A stretch of 63,930 nucleotides of DNA, counting the filler, from Nitrospirae bacterium CG2_30_53_67 (lineage in GTDB: Bacteria; CG2-30-53-67), in assembly GCA_001873285.1 (NCBI GenBank). It is 7 parts of 7 records of this genome, joined end to end, with 100 filler letters (N's around TTAATTAATTAA, not from the genome) between each part and the next. Parts side by side here need not be neighbours in the genome. Positions count along the whole stretch, not along the records: positions 6,648 to 32,307 come from MNYV01000086.1; 6 more parts are not named here. The stretch is one strand, 5' to 3'. The translations under genes and the position numbers were made by a program. Within the stretch, counting starts at the first letter, position 1; the number at the start of each line of letters is the position of its first letter. The notes below the pieces were generated by a model that did not search any database, was not told the origin of the DNA, and worked only from the letters and a program-made list of their open reading frames with translations. Shown piece after piece: positions 20,495 to 30,429 of the stretch.

Positions 20495-22204
20495 ATGATC
20501 GTATTGGGAATTTGGGGCTACTCCGCAGACAGTCCGGCTCAGGCACACGACAGCGGCGCTGCCGTGATTCGAGACGGCGAAGTGCTGGCGGCGGTTTCTG
20601 AAGAGCGCTTGACGAGAAAAAAGTGCGAAGGCTCCTTCCCTGTTCTTTCCATAGCGGAAGTTCTTAGGATATCAAATCTTTCGACAAAGGAAATCAACGC
20701 CGTGGCTTTGGCGGGCTTGCCGCCCTTCGGCCGCGCCGGGAAAATGCTCAAATACATCTATAAGACGTACAGAGACACCGGGATTCTCATGTCGAACAGG
20801 ATCCTCTACGCCCTGCTGACGGCAAAAAAGATCCGGAGGACTCTCCCGGATCTGTTGAACGGGATCACCGTTTATGAGATTGACCACCATGAGGCTCATG
20901 CGGCGAGCGCCTACTACACCTGTCCATGGAGCGAGGCCGCCGTCATTACCCTGGACGGCATCGGCGATTCAGCCGTTTGCGGGACCATCGGCGTGGGGAA
21001 AAACGGCAGTCTGGTTAAGCTTCGTGAATTCAACGGCTATTATTCGCCGGGAATTCTCTATTCGTTCATCACCCAGTACTTCGGATTCAAGCCGTCACGG
21101 CATGAAGGGAAGATTACGGGGTTGGCGGCTTACGGCGATTCGAAGAAGTGTTTCGAACGGTTCCGTACGATCAATCGATATGACGCAGACCGCCATGAAT
21201 TCTTTTCCGATTATATCCCGTGCCTTTTTAAAGCGAAAAGCTACGATGACTGGAGGATCCCGCTTGTAGACGAGATGCTTGAGGAGGTGGAAAAGGCGGA
21301 TGTTGCGGCGGCCTTGCAGGAGCTTACAGAACAGAATGTCACGGCCATGGTGAGAGACGCCGTCAACATGACCGGGATTCGAAACGTCGCGCTGGCCGGA
21401 GGTCTATTCGGGAACGTGAAGGTCAATCAAAGGATTCGAGAACTGGATTGCGTGGAGGGGGTATACGTCCAGCCCGCCATGTCGGATACCGGATTGGCTT
21501 TGGGAGCGGCTTTGAAAGTCTGGGCAACGGCGGCTCTGAAAAAGGGGGGCCGGCCCCTTCCCGTTTTTTTGCGAAATGTTTACCTGGGACCGGAATATAC
21601 GGACGGGGAGGTTCGGAGGGCGATCGAGAAGTATCAGCTTCCTTATCGGCGTGTGGAGCATCCTGCAAGTTTCACGGCGAAGATGTTAAAAGAGAAGAAG
21701 ATTGTGGGATACTTCTCGGGAAGGATGGAGTACGGCCCCCGTGCGCTGGGGAACCGATCCATCCTGGCGGATCCGACAGATCGCTCCATTAACGACTGGT
21801 TAAATGAGCGCTTGAAGAGAACGGAGTTCATGCCCTTTGCGCCCAGTATTCTGGAAGAGGATGCGGGCCGCTTTTATCCGGATTGGTCGCCTACGGACGT
21901 GCCGGGTCGTTTCATGACCATGACCTATGACGTTGATGCGCAGGGAGTTTCCCTGGCGCCGGCGGTGTCGCATATCGACCATACGGCACGGCCGCAGGTG
22001 GTGCGTAAAGAAGACAATCCGACCTATCATTCGTTGATTTCAGAGTTCAAGAAATTGACCGGACTGCCCTTGGTGATCAATACGAGCTTCAATATACACG
22101 AAGAACCGATTGTCTGCTCCCCGGAGGATGCCATCCGCTCCTTTCTCAATGGAAGTGTCGATGTCCTTGTCTTGGGCCATCACGTTGTAGAGAGCCGGTT
22201 GTGA
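20495..22204 (+). CDS. Carbamoyltransferase (NodU/CmcH family)
   Basis: HDSGAA..EERLTRKK, HHEAHAASA, DGIGD, EGKITGLAAYG, EYGPRALGNRSIL, NTSFNIHEEPIV. Confidence 0.95.
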   Translation: MIVLGIWGYSADSPAQAHDSGAAVIRDGEVLAAVSEERLTRKKCEGSFPVLSIAEVLRISNLSTKEINAVALAGLPPFGRAGKMLKYIYKTYRDTGILMSNRILYALLTAKKIRRTLPDLLNGITVYEIDHHEAHAASAYYTCPWSEAAVITLDGIGDSAVCGTIGVGKNGSLVKLREFNGYYSPGILYSFITQYFGFKPSRHEGKITGLAAYGDSKKCFERFRTINRYDADRHEFFSDYIPCLFKAKSYDDWRIPLVDEMLEEVEKADVAAALQELTEQNVTAMVRDAVNMTGIRNVALAGGLFGNVKVNQRIRELDCVEGVYVQPAMSDTGLALGAALKVWATAALKKGGRPLPVFLRNVYLGPEYTDGEVRRAIEKYQLPYRRVEHPASFTAKMLKEKKIVGYFSGRMEYGPRALGNRSILADPTDRSINDWLNERLKRTEFMPFAPSILEEDAGRFYPDWSPTDVPGRFMTMTYDVDAQGVSLAPAVSHIDHTARPQVVRKEDNPTYHSLISEFKKLTGLPLVINTSFNIHEEPIVCSPEDAIRSFLNGSVDVLVLGHHVVESRL

Positions 22205-22205
22205 T

Positions 22206-23636
22206 ATGGGAACCATCACACGTGTCGCGAAGAATACCTCACTCGTTTCCACCGAGATTATTCTTGTCAACCTTCTTTCCTTTGGCTTCGCGGTCTACGT
22301 AACCCGTGCACTGGGCGTGATGGAGTTTGGGAAATTCGCCTTTGCCAAGGCCTTTATGGAAATGCTTGTCGTATGGGCGGATCTGGGTCTGGCCAAACTT
22401 CTTATACGGGAAGTCGCAAGAAACAGGGAGGACATATCGTCTTATCTTCCGGATTTTGCAGCGATCAAACTCCTCTTTTCCATTCTAACGGTTGCCATGA
22501 TCGCTTTGCTCATGCGTATTCTGGGTTACGAACCAGAGGTGATTCGGATCGTCTATATTCTCGGAGGCGCTTATCTCGTTCATTCCTTCACGGGGATTCC
22601 TGTTTCCGTATTTCAAGGATATGAACGGATGGGACTCGGATCATCTCTTTCTGTTTTTCGAAGTCTGCTGCTCATATTATTTGGTGTGACGGTTCTGACC
22701 GGCGGCTATGGGCTTAAAGGATTGTGTTGGTCGATTTTTGCTGCGAATGCGATCCACGCATTGTCGGCTTTCTTTTTCTTGCTGAATGGTTTTGCACGAA
22801 TCAAGTTTTGTTTCCACCCGGCCGTATGGTGGAGCATTGCTAAAGAGAGTTTCTCTTTCGGCGTTGGGAGCGTTTTTGTACGGATTTATGCTCGCATTGA
22901 TTCAGTCATGCTTTCAAAGATGATCGGCATGACCGTCGTGGGTTTGTACAACGCTGCATACAATATTGTCATTGCCCTCATGTTCCTTCCCGGCGCATTG
23001 AGTCAGGCTTTGTTTCCCGTCACGTCAAGATACTTTGAAACGGATCCCGACAAGGCAAAGAATATTTTCGAACGCTCCTTTAAATATTCTGTTCTGATCG
23101 GATTTCCTGCGGCGACAGGCATCGCCTTCCTGTCGGATAAAATCATTCTGATGATGTACGGCACTTCCTTTAATGAGGCGGCTGCCGCGCTCCGAATCCT
23201 AATCTGGACTCTGGCCTTTTCCTTTGCTACGGCCATGCTGGGGAACCTTCTCAATTCAGCAAACCAACAGATACGTACGACCTATAATATGATGATCTGT
23301 ACAGCCGTCAATATCGGGCTGAATCTGATTCTTATCCCCCTTTATGGTTTTCTGGGTGCAAGCGCCGCCACCGTATTAACGGATGTGAGCCTCGTTACCC
23401 TTAGTTACCTGTCCGTTCGGAAATATGTCTATGCTCCGCGTATTGCAATGCCCCTTATAAAGGCTGTTCTCGGCAGTCTTGTAATGGGGGCTGCCTTATA
23501 TTTCATCAGAGATGGAAGCCTATTTTTAAGCATTTCACTCGGTGCATTGGTTTATGCTGTCATGCTTCTTATTGTCAAAGTCTTTGACCGCGAGGATTGG
23601 AATATCCTGCAGAAAATGCTTTTTGTGAAGTCATAG
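22206..23636 (+). CDS. wzx: Polysaccharide flippase (PST family)
   Basis: RVAKNT, DLGL..REVAR, ID..ML..VGLYNAAY, NLILIPLYGFLGASAAT. Confidence 0.9.
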   Translation: MGTITRVAKNTSLVSTEIILVNLLSFGFAVYVTRALGVMEFGKFAFAKAFMEMLVVWADLGLAKLLIREVARNREDISSYLPDFAAIKLLFSILTVAMIALLMRILGYEPEVIRIVYILGGAYLVHSFTGIPVSVFQGYERMGLGSSLSVFRSLLLILFGVTVLTGGYGLKGLCWSIFAANAIHALSAFFFLLNGFARIKFCFHPAVWWSIAKESFSFGVGSVFVRIYARIDSVMLSKMIGMTVVGLYNAAYNIVIALMFLPGALSQALFPVTSRYFETDPDKAKNIFERSFKYSVLIGFPAATGIAFLSDKIILMMYGTSFNEAAAALRILIWTLAFSFATAMLGNLLNSANQQIRTTYNMMICTAVNIGLNLILIPLYGFLGASAATVLTDVSLVTLSYLSVRKYVYAPRIAMPLIKAVLGSLVMGAALYFIRDGSLFLSISLGALVYAVMLLIVKVFDREDWNILQKMLFVKS

Positions 23637-23662
23637 TGGCCCAAGAGTGCGTTAGAGAGACT

Positions 23663-24301
23663 ATGAGTATCTGCCCATTGTGCAAGAAGGGGAGTATGAT
23701 TCGGACCGAAGATTCCTTGAGGGAAGACAGGATCTGTCCGGCCTGCGGGCAGCGTTACGGGCCGCTTCGTCTTCAAGAGACCCTGCGGGGTCCCGGAGCG
23801 GCTGCGCAGATCCTTCGATGGCTGAAGAGGTTATGGACCTACCCGATCTATTACCGGTTTCGGAAGAAGAATATCCATGTGGGCAAAGGCGTTTCCATCT
23901 CAAGAGGATTCAAGTTTCTATGGGGGAACATGATCGTAGGAGATGACGTTGCGCTGCAAAACACGTTTTGTGATGACTCCGCTGCCGTGACGATCGGCGC
24001 CCGCAGTTTTTTCGGCCATGATGTGAAACTGCTGACTCCCTATCACGACATGGAGTCGTTCGATCAGGACAGACGTCACGCCGTACGCTGCAAGCCCATT
24101 CATATCGGACGGGGCGTTTGGATTGCCTCCAGCGCGATCATCCTGGCCGGAGTGACCATCGGAGATGGAGCGGTCGTGGGCGCCGGGGCCGTGGTCACAC
24201 GGGATGTCCCCGCCTTTACTTTCGTCGCTGGGAACCCGGCAAGAGTGATCCGAACCCTTTTGAAGAAAGAAGCGGGAGAGATGATCGAGGAGAAAGCCTG
24301 A
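23663..24301 (+). CDS. Hexapeptide-repeat (LbH) sugar O-acyltransferase with an N-terminal Cys4 motif
   Basis: PIHIGRGVWI..ILAGVTIGDGAVVGAGAVVTRDVP..GNPARV. N-terminal CPLC..CPAC. Confidence 0.85.
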   Translation: MSICPLCKKGSMIRTEDSLREDRICPACGQRYGPLRLQETLRGPGAAAQILRWLKRLWTYPIYYRFRKKNIHVGKGVSISRGFKFLWGNMIVGDDVALQNTFCDDSAAVTIGARSFFGHDVKLLTPYHDMESFDQDRRHAVRCKPIHIGRGVWIASSAIILAGVTIGDGAVVGAGAVVTRDVPAFTFVAGNPARVIRTLLKKEAGEMIEEKA

Positions 24302-24305
24302 ACCC

Positions 24306-25286
24306 ATGAAAATATTCCTTGTTGCAGTTCATTTCCATAGCTCCTTCGGCTGGTCCATTGAGCAGGCCCTCAAGCGATGCGGACATGAGGTGATCGTGTT
24401 CGATTACCGCAAGGACACGCGCCTGCGCGCTCCGCTTTTGAGCACCCTCTTTGTTCAGCGTATGAATCGCCTGTTGTCGGCTTTGGTGAAGGAGGTCAAG
24501 CCGGACTTGACCTTTGTGGCAAAGGGGGAACTGCTTTTTCCTGAAACGGCAAAGAGGATTCGAGAGGTGACCGGCGCTCCGTTGATCAATTGGTTTCCGG
24601 ATGCGCGGCCCATGGCCTTTGATAATGTCGCCCATGCGCTTTCTTGTTATGATTATTTCTTTACCAAGAACCCCTATTGGAACAAAAAACTTCGTGAAAT
24701 CGGTTATCAGAATATTCATTTCCTGGCGCACTCCTATGATCCGGAAATTCAGAAAAGGATGCCGCTGACGGAGCAGGAGAGACAAACCTTCGGATCGGAG
24801 GTCAGTTTTATAGGCACCATGTATCCGTACCGGCTAAAGGCCTTGGAGAGGGTTCAGGGGATGGATTTCAAAATATGGGGCCCAGGTTGGGAGAAGCTCC
24901 CTTGTGATCATCCTCTGCATGGCTCTTGCCAAAGATCCGGCATTATTCGCGGCATAGACCATAGCCGAGTGATCAATGCATCCCTGATCAACCTGAATCT
25001 TCACCACTATGATGACATTGATGGTCTGAACCAGCGGTTTTTTGATATCGCGGGGTGCGGCGGTTTTCAACTGGTTGACGATCGGGCCGAAATCGGGCGC
25101 TATCTGACCCCCGGCAAAGAGGTCGTCTGTTATCGAGACGTGGAAGAGCTTTGTGAAAAAATCCGATATTACCTTGAGCGCCCGGATGAGCGTGAGGCGA
25201 TTCGGGAGAACGGATTCAGGCGGATCCGGAAGGGGAATACGTATGATGACCGGATCAAGGAAATCTTCTCTGTGATTCGGACTTGA
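24306..25286 (+). CDS. CgeB-like glycosyltransferase
   Basis: NWFPD, SFIGT, INLNLH..NQRFFDIAGCGGFQL, YYLERPDERE. Confidence 0.85.
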   Translation: MKIFLVAVHFHSSFGWSIEQALKRCGHEVIVFDYRKDTRLRAPLLSTLFVQRMNRLLSALVKEVKPDLTFVAKGELLFPETAKRIREVTGAPLINWFPDARPMAFDNVAHALSCYDYFFTKNPYWNKKLREIGYQNIHFLAHSYDPEIQKRMPLTEQERQTFGSEVSFIGTMYPYRLKALERVQGMDFKIWGPGWEKLPCDHPLHGSCQRSGIIRGIDHSRVINASLINLNLHHYDDIDGLNQRFFDIAGCGGFQLVDDRAEIGRYLTPGKEVVCYRDVEELCEKIRYYLERPDEREAIRENGFRRIRKGNTYDDRIKEIFSVIRT

Positions 25287-26554
25287 GCGGATCCCGTGAC
25301 CCTGCCGTGTCTTTGGCCACAAACCGCCCTGCGCAGGGCCTCGAAAAGGGAAACAAGAAATGGCGCCGCTTCGACCGGGAGATTCAAATGGCCCGCCTAA
25401 GAGTGCTTTTCGTAACTGTGGATTATCCTCCACTTATAGGAGGCATGTCTGAGCATGCCTATGGGATCGTGAAGGGTCTTCGGGATCAGGGAGAGGAGGT
25501 CTTTGTGCTGGCTCCCCGCCCGGACGGCGCTTTGAGAGGAGATTCGATTCGCTCTGAAGAAAGGATTTATCGCTATCCTTTGTTGAATTCACCCATTTTG
25601 CGAATCCTCGTTCTCAGCTATTTCATTTTAATGCTTCTTCTCCGGCACAGGATTCGGGTGGTTCTGAACAATACCTGGTCTCCCTGCGGCATATCCACTT
25701 ATCTGGTTTCTCGTCTATTGCGAATCCATTACTTTATCCATGCACACGGACTGGATGTGCTTGAGCCCCGGAGAAGCGCGTTTTGGAGGAGTTGGATGAT
25801 ACGGGTGATGCGTCATTCCGATCGGATCTTGCCCGTGAGCCGGTTTACGGCTGAGAAGATACTCAGGCTGGGAATCCCCAAAGAAGCGGTGACGATCCTG
25901 AGCAACGGGATTGACCCCGCTCGGTGGCTCGAGTCAAAAAAATCTTCCGGCCTGCTGCAACGAGATTCTCTCCAAGGGAAGAGGATCATTTTGAGCGTCT
26001 CAAGACTGGTGAAGAGAAAGGGGCATGATCTGATTCTGCGGGCCGTGGAGAGGCTGTCCGGAGAATTTCCTGACCTGGTCTACCTGATCGTCGGGGATGG
26101 TCCGGAAAGGGAACGGCTTGAGTCCCTGGCAAAGGGGCTTCATTTAGACGGGCGGGTGATTTTTACGGGTTATGTGAAAAGTGAAGATCTCCCGGCCATC
26201 TATTCTGCCTGTGATCTATTTGTGCTGACGCCTGCCGAGATCCGGGATCAAGGGGATGTCGAAGGATTCGGGATCGTCTTTCTTGAGGCGGGCATCATGG
26301 GCAAGGCGGTCATCGGTTCCCGTTCCGGAGGCATTGAGGATGCCGTGGCGCACGAGCAGACAGGGCTTCTCATTCCGTCGGGAGATCAGGACGCTCTGGA
26401 ACAAGCGCTTCGAACCCTGTTGCATGAGAGGGCATACTGCAGTCAACTGGGGCAAAATGGAAAGGAGCGCGTTTTGAAGGATTATACATGGAGCCGGGTT
26501 GCCGCTCATCTCAGGACGATTATCTCTTGCCATGCCGGCCAAAGAGGTAAATAG
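25283..26554 (+). CDS. Glycosyltransferase family 4
   Basis: DYPPLIGG, SRLVKRKG, EGFGIVFLEA. Alternative start at ATG 25388. Confidence 0.9.
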   Translation: MSGSRDPAVSLATNRPAQGLEKGNKKWRRFDREIQMARLRVLFVTVDYPPLIGGMSEHAYGIVKGLRDQGEEVFVLAPRPDGALRGDSIRSEERIYRYPLLNSPILRILVLSYFILMLLLRHRIRVVLNNTWSPCGISTYLVSRLLRIHYFIHAHGLDVLEPRRSAFWRSWMIRVMRHSDRILPVSRFTAEKILRLGIPKEAVTILSNGIDPARWLESKKSSGLLQRDSLQGKRIILSVSRLVKRKGHDLILRAVERLSGEFPDLVYLIVGDGPERERLESLAKGLHLDGRVIFTGYVKSEDLPAIYSACDLFVLTPAEIRDQGDVEGFGIVFLEAGIMGKAVIGSRSGGIEDAVAHEQTGLLIPSGDQDALEQALRTLLHERAYCSQLGQNGKERVLKDYTWSRVAAHLRTIISCHAGQRGK

Positions 26555-26570
26555 GGATCGAGGGTTTTGC

Positions 26571-27683
26571 ATGCCGGGGAATGTCGTGAAGAAGAACGTC
26601 CTTTTCATAGAAAACACATCCGATCTGATCGGAGGCGGCCAACAGAGTCTTCTGAATCTGCTGCGCTTCCTCGACCGGGATCGATTTTCTCCGATGGTCG
26701 TATTCCCTTGTGACGGGCCGTTTGCGGAGAGGATTCTGACCTTGGGAATCCCTGTTTTCTTTAGTGATATGAACACCCTGAAAACGCTCAATGTTCTTCG
26801 TTTGGCACAAAGTGTTCGGAGTCTCATCCGTATCCTGCGCAGCCGGAAGATTGATCTTGTGCACACCAACGCATCCAGGACCACATGGTATGCAGGGCTG
26901 GCCTGCAGAATGGCGGGGGTATCGCTGGTTTGGCATGTCAGAATCGCGATGCGGGAGTCGTTCTATGATGCGCTGCTGTACCTTCTATCTGACAGGGTGA
27001 TAGCCATTTCCAATGCCGTGGCGCGCCGGTTCCCGTACCCGAACTCCCGGAAGAAGGTCTCCGTCATTTACAACGGCATTGATCCGGATGAATTCCACCT
27101 CGTAGATGCGTCGCCATTCCGGAGAAGATTTAAATTGGACGATAAATTCGTGATCGGCGTTGTCGGACAGATCCATCCCCTGAAAGGCCAGGTTTATGTC
27201 ATACGGGCGCTCAAACAATTATCAGCGTCATTTCCCCATCTTCACTGTCTGATCGTAGGATCTCCCACCGCTTACCAGAGAGAGTTGGAGCGCATGGTTA
27301 CAGACCTTGGATTGGAAACCTCTGTCACCTTTACAGGATGGCAGCAGGATGTTCGGGAGGTCATGTCGGCCCTGGACATTCTTGCGGTTCCTTCTCATAC
27401 CGAAGGCTTCGGGCGGGTCTTGATTGAGGCGATGGCGTGTGAGCGGCCGGTGGTGGCATTTGCCGTTGATGCCGTTCCGGAGATTATCGAATCGGGAGAG
27501 TCGGGATTGCTCGTGCCAAAGGGAGATTTGGCCGGTCTGGTTACGGCCATTCGAGCCTTGATTGAAAACAGGGATTTGAGGCAACGAATAGCAAGGAATG
27601 GAAAAGAGCGGGTGCGCCGGCTTTTCGACATTCGGGAGAATGTCAGGAGGACGCAGCAGGTTTATGATCTATGTAAAGTGTAA
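26571..27683 (+). CDS. Glycosyltransferase family 4
   Basis: IGGGQQSL, IYNGID, KGQ, EGFGRVLIEAMA. Confidence 0.9.
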   Translation: MPGNVVKKNVLFIENTSDLIGGGQQSLLNLLRFLDRDRFSPMVVFPCDGPFAERILTLGIPVFFSDMNTLKTLNVLRLAQSVRSLIRILRSRKIDLVHTNASRTTWYAGLACRMAGVSLVWHVRIAMRESFYDALLYLLSDRVIAISNAVARRFPYPNSRKKVSVIYNGIDPDEFHLVDASPFRRRFKLDDKFVIGVVGQIHPLKGQVYVIRALKQLSASFPHLHCLIVGSPTAYQRELERMVTDLGLETSVTFTGWQQDVREVMSALDILAVPSHTEGFGRVLIEAMACERPVVAFAVDAVPEIIESGESGLLVPKGDLAGLVTAIRALIENRDLRQRIARNGKERVRRLFDIRENVRRTQQVYDLCKV

Positions 27684-28509
27684 TCACTGCGGTCACGATG
27701 ATACAAGGCTGGTCCAGCAGGTTGACGATACCTATCGGGTCGTTCAGTGCCGTAGCTGTGGTTTGGTCTATACGAACCCCATCCCCGACCTTCACTCTCT
27801 TTGCGACCATTACGGTGAAAACTATTACCGTGATTGGATCGAGAAGCAATCGCGCGCCAGAGAAAGGATGTGGAGAAAAAGGATCAGGGAGGTGATGAGA
27901 CATAAACAGGGCGGCCGGTTACTGGACGTGGGCTGCGGTCTCGAAACGTTCTTGATGCTGGCGAAAGGGCAGGGATTTCAGGTCCAGGGCACGGAGGTAT
28001 CCTCTTTTATCACGTCTCAAGGGCGTGAAGACGAACCTCCGGATATATTTCGAGGGGAACTTCCGGAAGCTCAATTCCCGGATAAGCGCTTTGACGTCAT
28101 CACCCTGTGGCACAGTTTGGAGCACATGCCGGATCCAAAGAGGAACCTGATGGAAGTCCATCGCATCATGAAAGACGACGGGTTATTGGTGATTGCCGTG
28201 CCCAACCTGAAAAACTATTTTACGCGGTTTTTTTACCGCCTTTACAAGAGAAAAAAGTTCTCCCTGTTTGATCCCGGGGCCAAGGAACTTCACCTGTTTC
28301 ATTTTACGCCGATCAGCTTGCCCGCCATGCTGCATTCCGTCGGATTTTGCGTGGAGCAGTTGCGGCTGGATTTGTCCGCCGTGGTATTCCAGCGGAAAAT
28401 CATCGACTGGATCAGCGGACTCGTCTATGCCGCGACCCGCGCCAACTTTGCCGATGGATTTAAAATATTTGCAAGGAAGTCCGGTCACACCGCACAAAAA
28501 GCCCAATGA
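27664..28509 (+). CDS. Class I SAM-dependent methyltransferase with an N-terminal Zn ribbon
   Basis: CNHC..CRSCGL, LLDVGCG, FDVITLWHSLEH..VPN. Confidence 0.9.
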   Translation: MIYVKCNHCGHDDTRLVQQVDDTYRVVQCRSCGLVYTNPIPDLHSLCDHYGENYYRDWIEKQSRARERMWRKRIREVMRHKQGGRLLDVGCGLETFLMLAKGQGFQVQGTEVSSFITSQGREDEPPDIFRGELPEAQFPDKRFDVITLWHSLEHMPDPKRNLMEVHRIMKDDGLLVIAVPNLKNYFTRFFYRLYKRKKFSLFDPGAKELHLFHFTPISLPAMLHSVGFCVEQLRLDLSAVVFQRKIIDWISGLVYAATRANFADGFKIFARKSGHTAQKAQ

Positions 28510-28540
28510 AAAAAACCAGGATGGGCTTGTATGTGAAGGG

Positions 28541-29710
28541 ATGGCTTCGGGAATGAAATCACTGCTTAAAACTCGTCAGGTTCTGAAACGTCTCTTCGTG
28601 TTCATGAGAACGGTTTTTCTTCTAAGCGCGGGGCGTTTTGTTGTTCCCAGGAAAAGGAGCGGGATTCCGTCAAAACCCGTCAAGATCCTTGTGATCTCCC
28701 AGACGCGCCTGGGAGATGCTGTGCTGTCCGTTCCCCTCCTGACGGTTCTTCACGACCGATTCCCCTCAGCGCAGATTCATGTGCTTGCAAATCGGTATAT
28801 ACGGGAAGTCTATGAGATGTGCCCGCACACCACCGGGATCATGGAGTTGGAGAGCGTTTTCGGGCCCTTGGACTGGGCGCATGACATCAGACGAATCCGA
28901 AGGGAGAAGTTCGATTGGGTTATAGATCTGAATACGGACGGATCTTTGATGCCGGCGGTTGCGGCCGGGTACTCAGCCGCGCCATGCAGAATCGGTTATG
29001 GACAGGATGGACGGCGTATCTTCTTTGACGCCGCGCTCCCTTTTCCCAAGGAAGGGCGGCATATGGTGGATCTGATTCTGGGTACTCTGGCGCCCCTCGG
29101 ACTTTCCAGGGACCGGCCCGGTTTTGATCTGGTGATCCCTAAGGCGGAAGAGAGAGATACAGCCGCTATGCTGGAGCGGATCGGCGTGAAACGCGGCCGC
29201 CCGGTTGTCGGGATTCATCCCGGTGGAGTCCATCCAACCCAGCGCTGGCCTGCGGAGAATTTTGCTGATCTTTCCGACCTTATCCTCCGAAGCGGAGAAG
29301 CTCAGGTTCTCTTGCTTGGAGGGCCGAAGGATCAGATTCTGCTTTCGGAAATCGTCAACCGGATGCAAGGCGCGCCGATTCAATTCCCTCCCGTGACCCG
29401 TATCAAAGGTCTTGCAGCGCTCTTGAACAATCTGAATCTGTTGGTGTGTAATAATTCCGGCCCTCTTCATTTGGCCTCGGCTCTTTCTATCCCGACGATT
29501 TCATTTATGGGGCCCACGCGGGCCGAACAGTGGCGGCCTGTAGGAGAAGGGAATACAGTCCTCCGAAGGGATGACCTCGATTGTATCGGGTGTAATATGG
29601 GAATATGTCCGGTTAAAACGCATGCATGCATGTACGGAATCTCGCCGACAGAGGTATTTGAGACCATCCGGAATCGTCTGGCGCAAGACTCCAAGATCTT
29701 GTCTTCATAA
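28541..29710 (+). CDS. Glycosyltransferase family 9 (heptosyltransferase-like)
   Basis: KILVI..LGDAVLSVP, GIHPGG..RWP, NNSGPLHLASAL..GPT. Confidence 0.9.
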   Translation: MASGMKSLLKTRQVLKRLFVFMRTVFLLSAGRFVVPRKRSGIPSKPVKILVISQTRLGDAVLSVPLLTVLHDRFPSAQIHVLANRYIREVYEMCPHTTGIMELESVFGPLDWAHDIRRIRREKFDWVIDLNTDGSLMPAVAAGYSAAPCRIGYGQDGRRIFFDAALPFPKEGRHMVDLILGTLAPLGLSRDRPGFDLVIPKAEERDTAAMLERIGVKRGRPVVGIHPGGVHPTQRWPAENFADLSDLILRSGEAQVLLLGGPKDQILLSEIVNRMQGAPIQFPPVTRIKGLAALLNNLNLLVCNNSGPLHLASALSIPTISFMGPTRAEQWRPVGEGNTVLRRDDLDCIGCNMGICPVKTHACMYGISPTEVFETIRNRLAQDSKILSS

Positions 29711-29910
29711 TAGTGCCGGCTGAGGAAGTTCATTTCTTCGTATTCCTTGAAGGCGCGGATGCAGAAGGAAATGAACTCTCCTTTTTCCCGCTCGAAAAGA
29801 ACCCTGCCGTTCTGGGCGACCTCATACCGTAAGGCTGAGGAGACGCTGTTCAGACAGACGACGTCCAACCGGTCTACGACAAGCAGATGAATCTCCGGGC
29901 GGGATATCCC
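29711..29910 (-). pseudogene. Remnant of an MntA-like minimal nucleotidyltransferase (C-terminal half only)
   Basis: RLDVVCLNSVSSALRYEVAQNGRVLFERE..FKEYEEM resembles the MNT antitoxin C-terminus. No GSxxxG motif and no start of its own. Boundaries approximate. Confidence 0.55.
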
Positions 29911-29929
29911 GTAAAAACAAAGCTGGGGA

Positions 29930-30211
29930 TCAATCGGAGGAAAGCACCAGAAGTTTTTTCTCAACGAGGTCCCGGATCAGGTCCAGGGCCTGTTTCCGGA
30001 TAACGGCCGGGTCTCCCTCAAACTCCTGAGGAAGAAGAGAGAGGATTTCTCCCAACGGCACGTCTTCATTGCAGAGATCCCAGATCCGGGCGCCGGTCTC
30101 GTTCAAGAGGTAAGGTTCCCCGTTTTCTTCATCAAACAGGACGGTATTCCCGTCCTCTTCTCTCCAGAGCACGTTGGATGGGATGCTCGGTTTGCGATGG
30201 TCCGTTGTCAT
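29930..30211 (-). CDS. PqqD-family RiPP recognition element (stand-alone RRE)
   Basis: 93 aa: VLWREEDGNTVLFD..YLLNETGARIWDLC..LIRDLVEKKLL. Confidence 0.92.
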   Translation of the reverse strand: MTTDHRKPSIPSNVLWREEDGNTVLFDEENGEPYLLNETGARIWDLCNEDVPLGEILSLLPQEFEGDPAVIRKQALDLIRDLVEKKLLVLSSD

Positions 30212-30237
30212 ATATCACCCTTATATTGAGGGATGAA

Positions 30238-30417
30238 TTAACTGAATACTGTGTTCTTGGTGGACTGACTGCAAGAGACCGAGCCTGTCGGGATATTATT
30301 CTTGCCGCAGACGATTCCCCGTTCGAGGCCCGTGGTGCAGAAATAGTTTCCCACACCTTGAACCGAGATGGATGTGAGTTCGGGTTTTATCCATGGTTTT
30401 TTCGGTTTTGTTGCCAT
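30238..30417 (-). CDS. Putative RiPP precursor peptide, 59 aa (not in the ORF track)
   Basis: Manual translation: MATKPKKPWIKPELTSISVQGVGNYFCTTGLERGIVCGKNNIPTGSVSCSQSTKNTVFS*. The AAGGAG RBS overlaps the rSAM stop. Carries a WxxPxL leader motif and sits between the rSAM and PqqD genes. Confidence 0.85.
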   Translation of the reverse strand: MATKPKKPWIKPELTSISVQGVGNYFCTTGLERGIVCGKNNIPTGSVSCSQSTKNTVFS

Positions 30418-30429
30418 ATTTTATACTCC

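Noticed and set aside
30238..30417. Precursor as a classical lasso peptide
   Set aside because: The leader motif fits, but no lasso cyclase or B2 peptidase is visible and there is no clear Thr(-2)/ring-acceptor pattern. It cannot be fully excluded because of the upstream gap.
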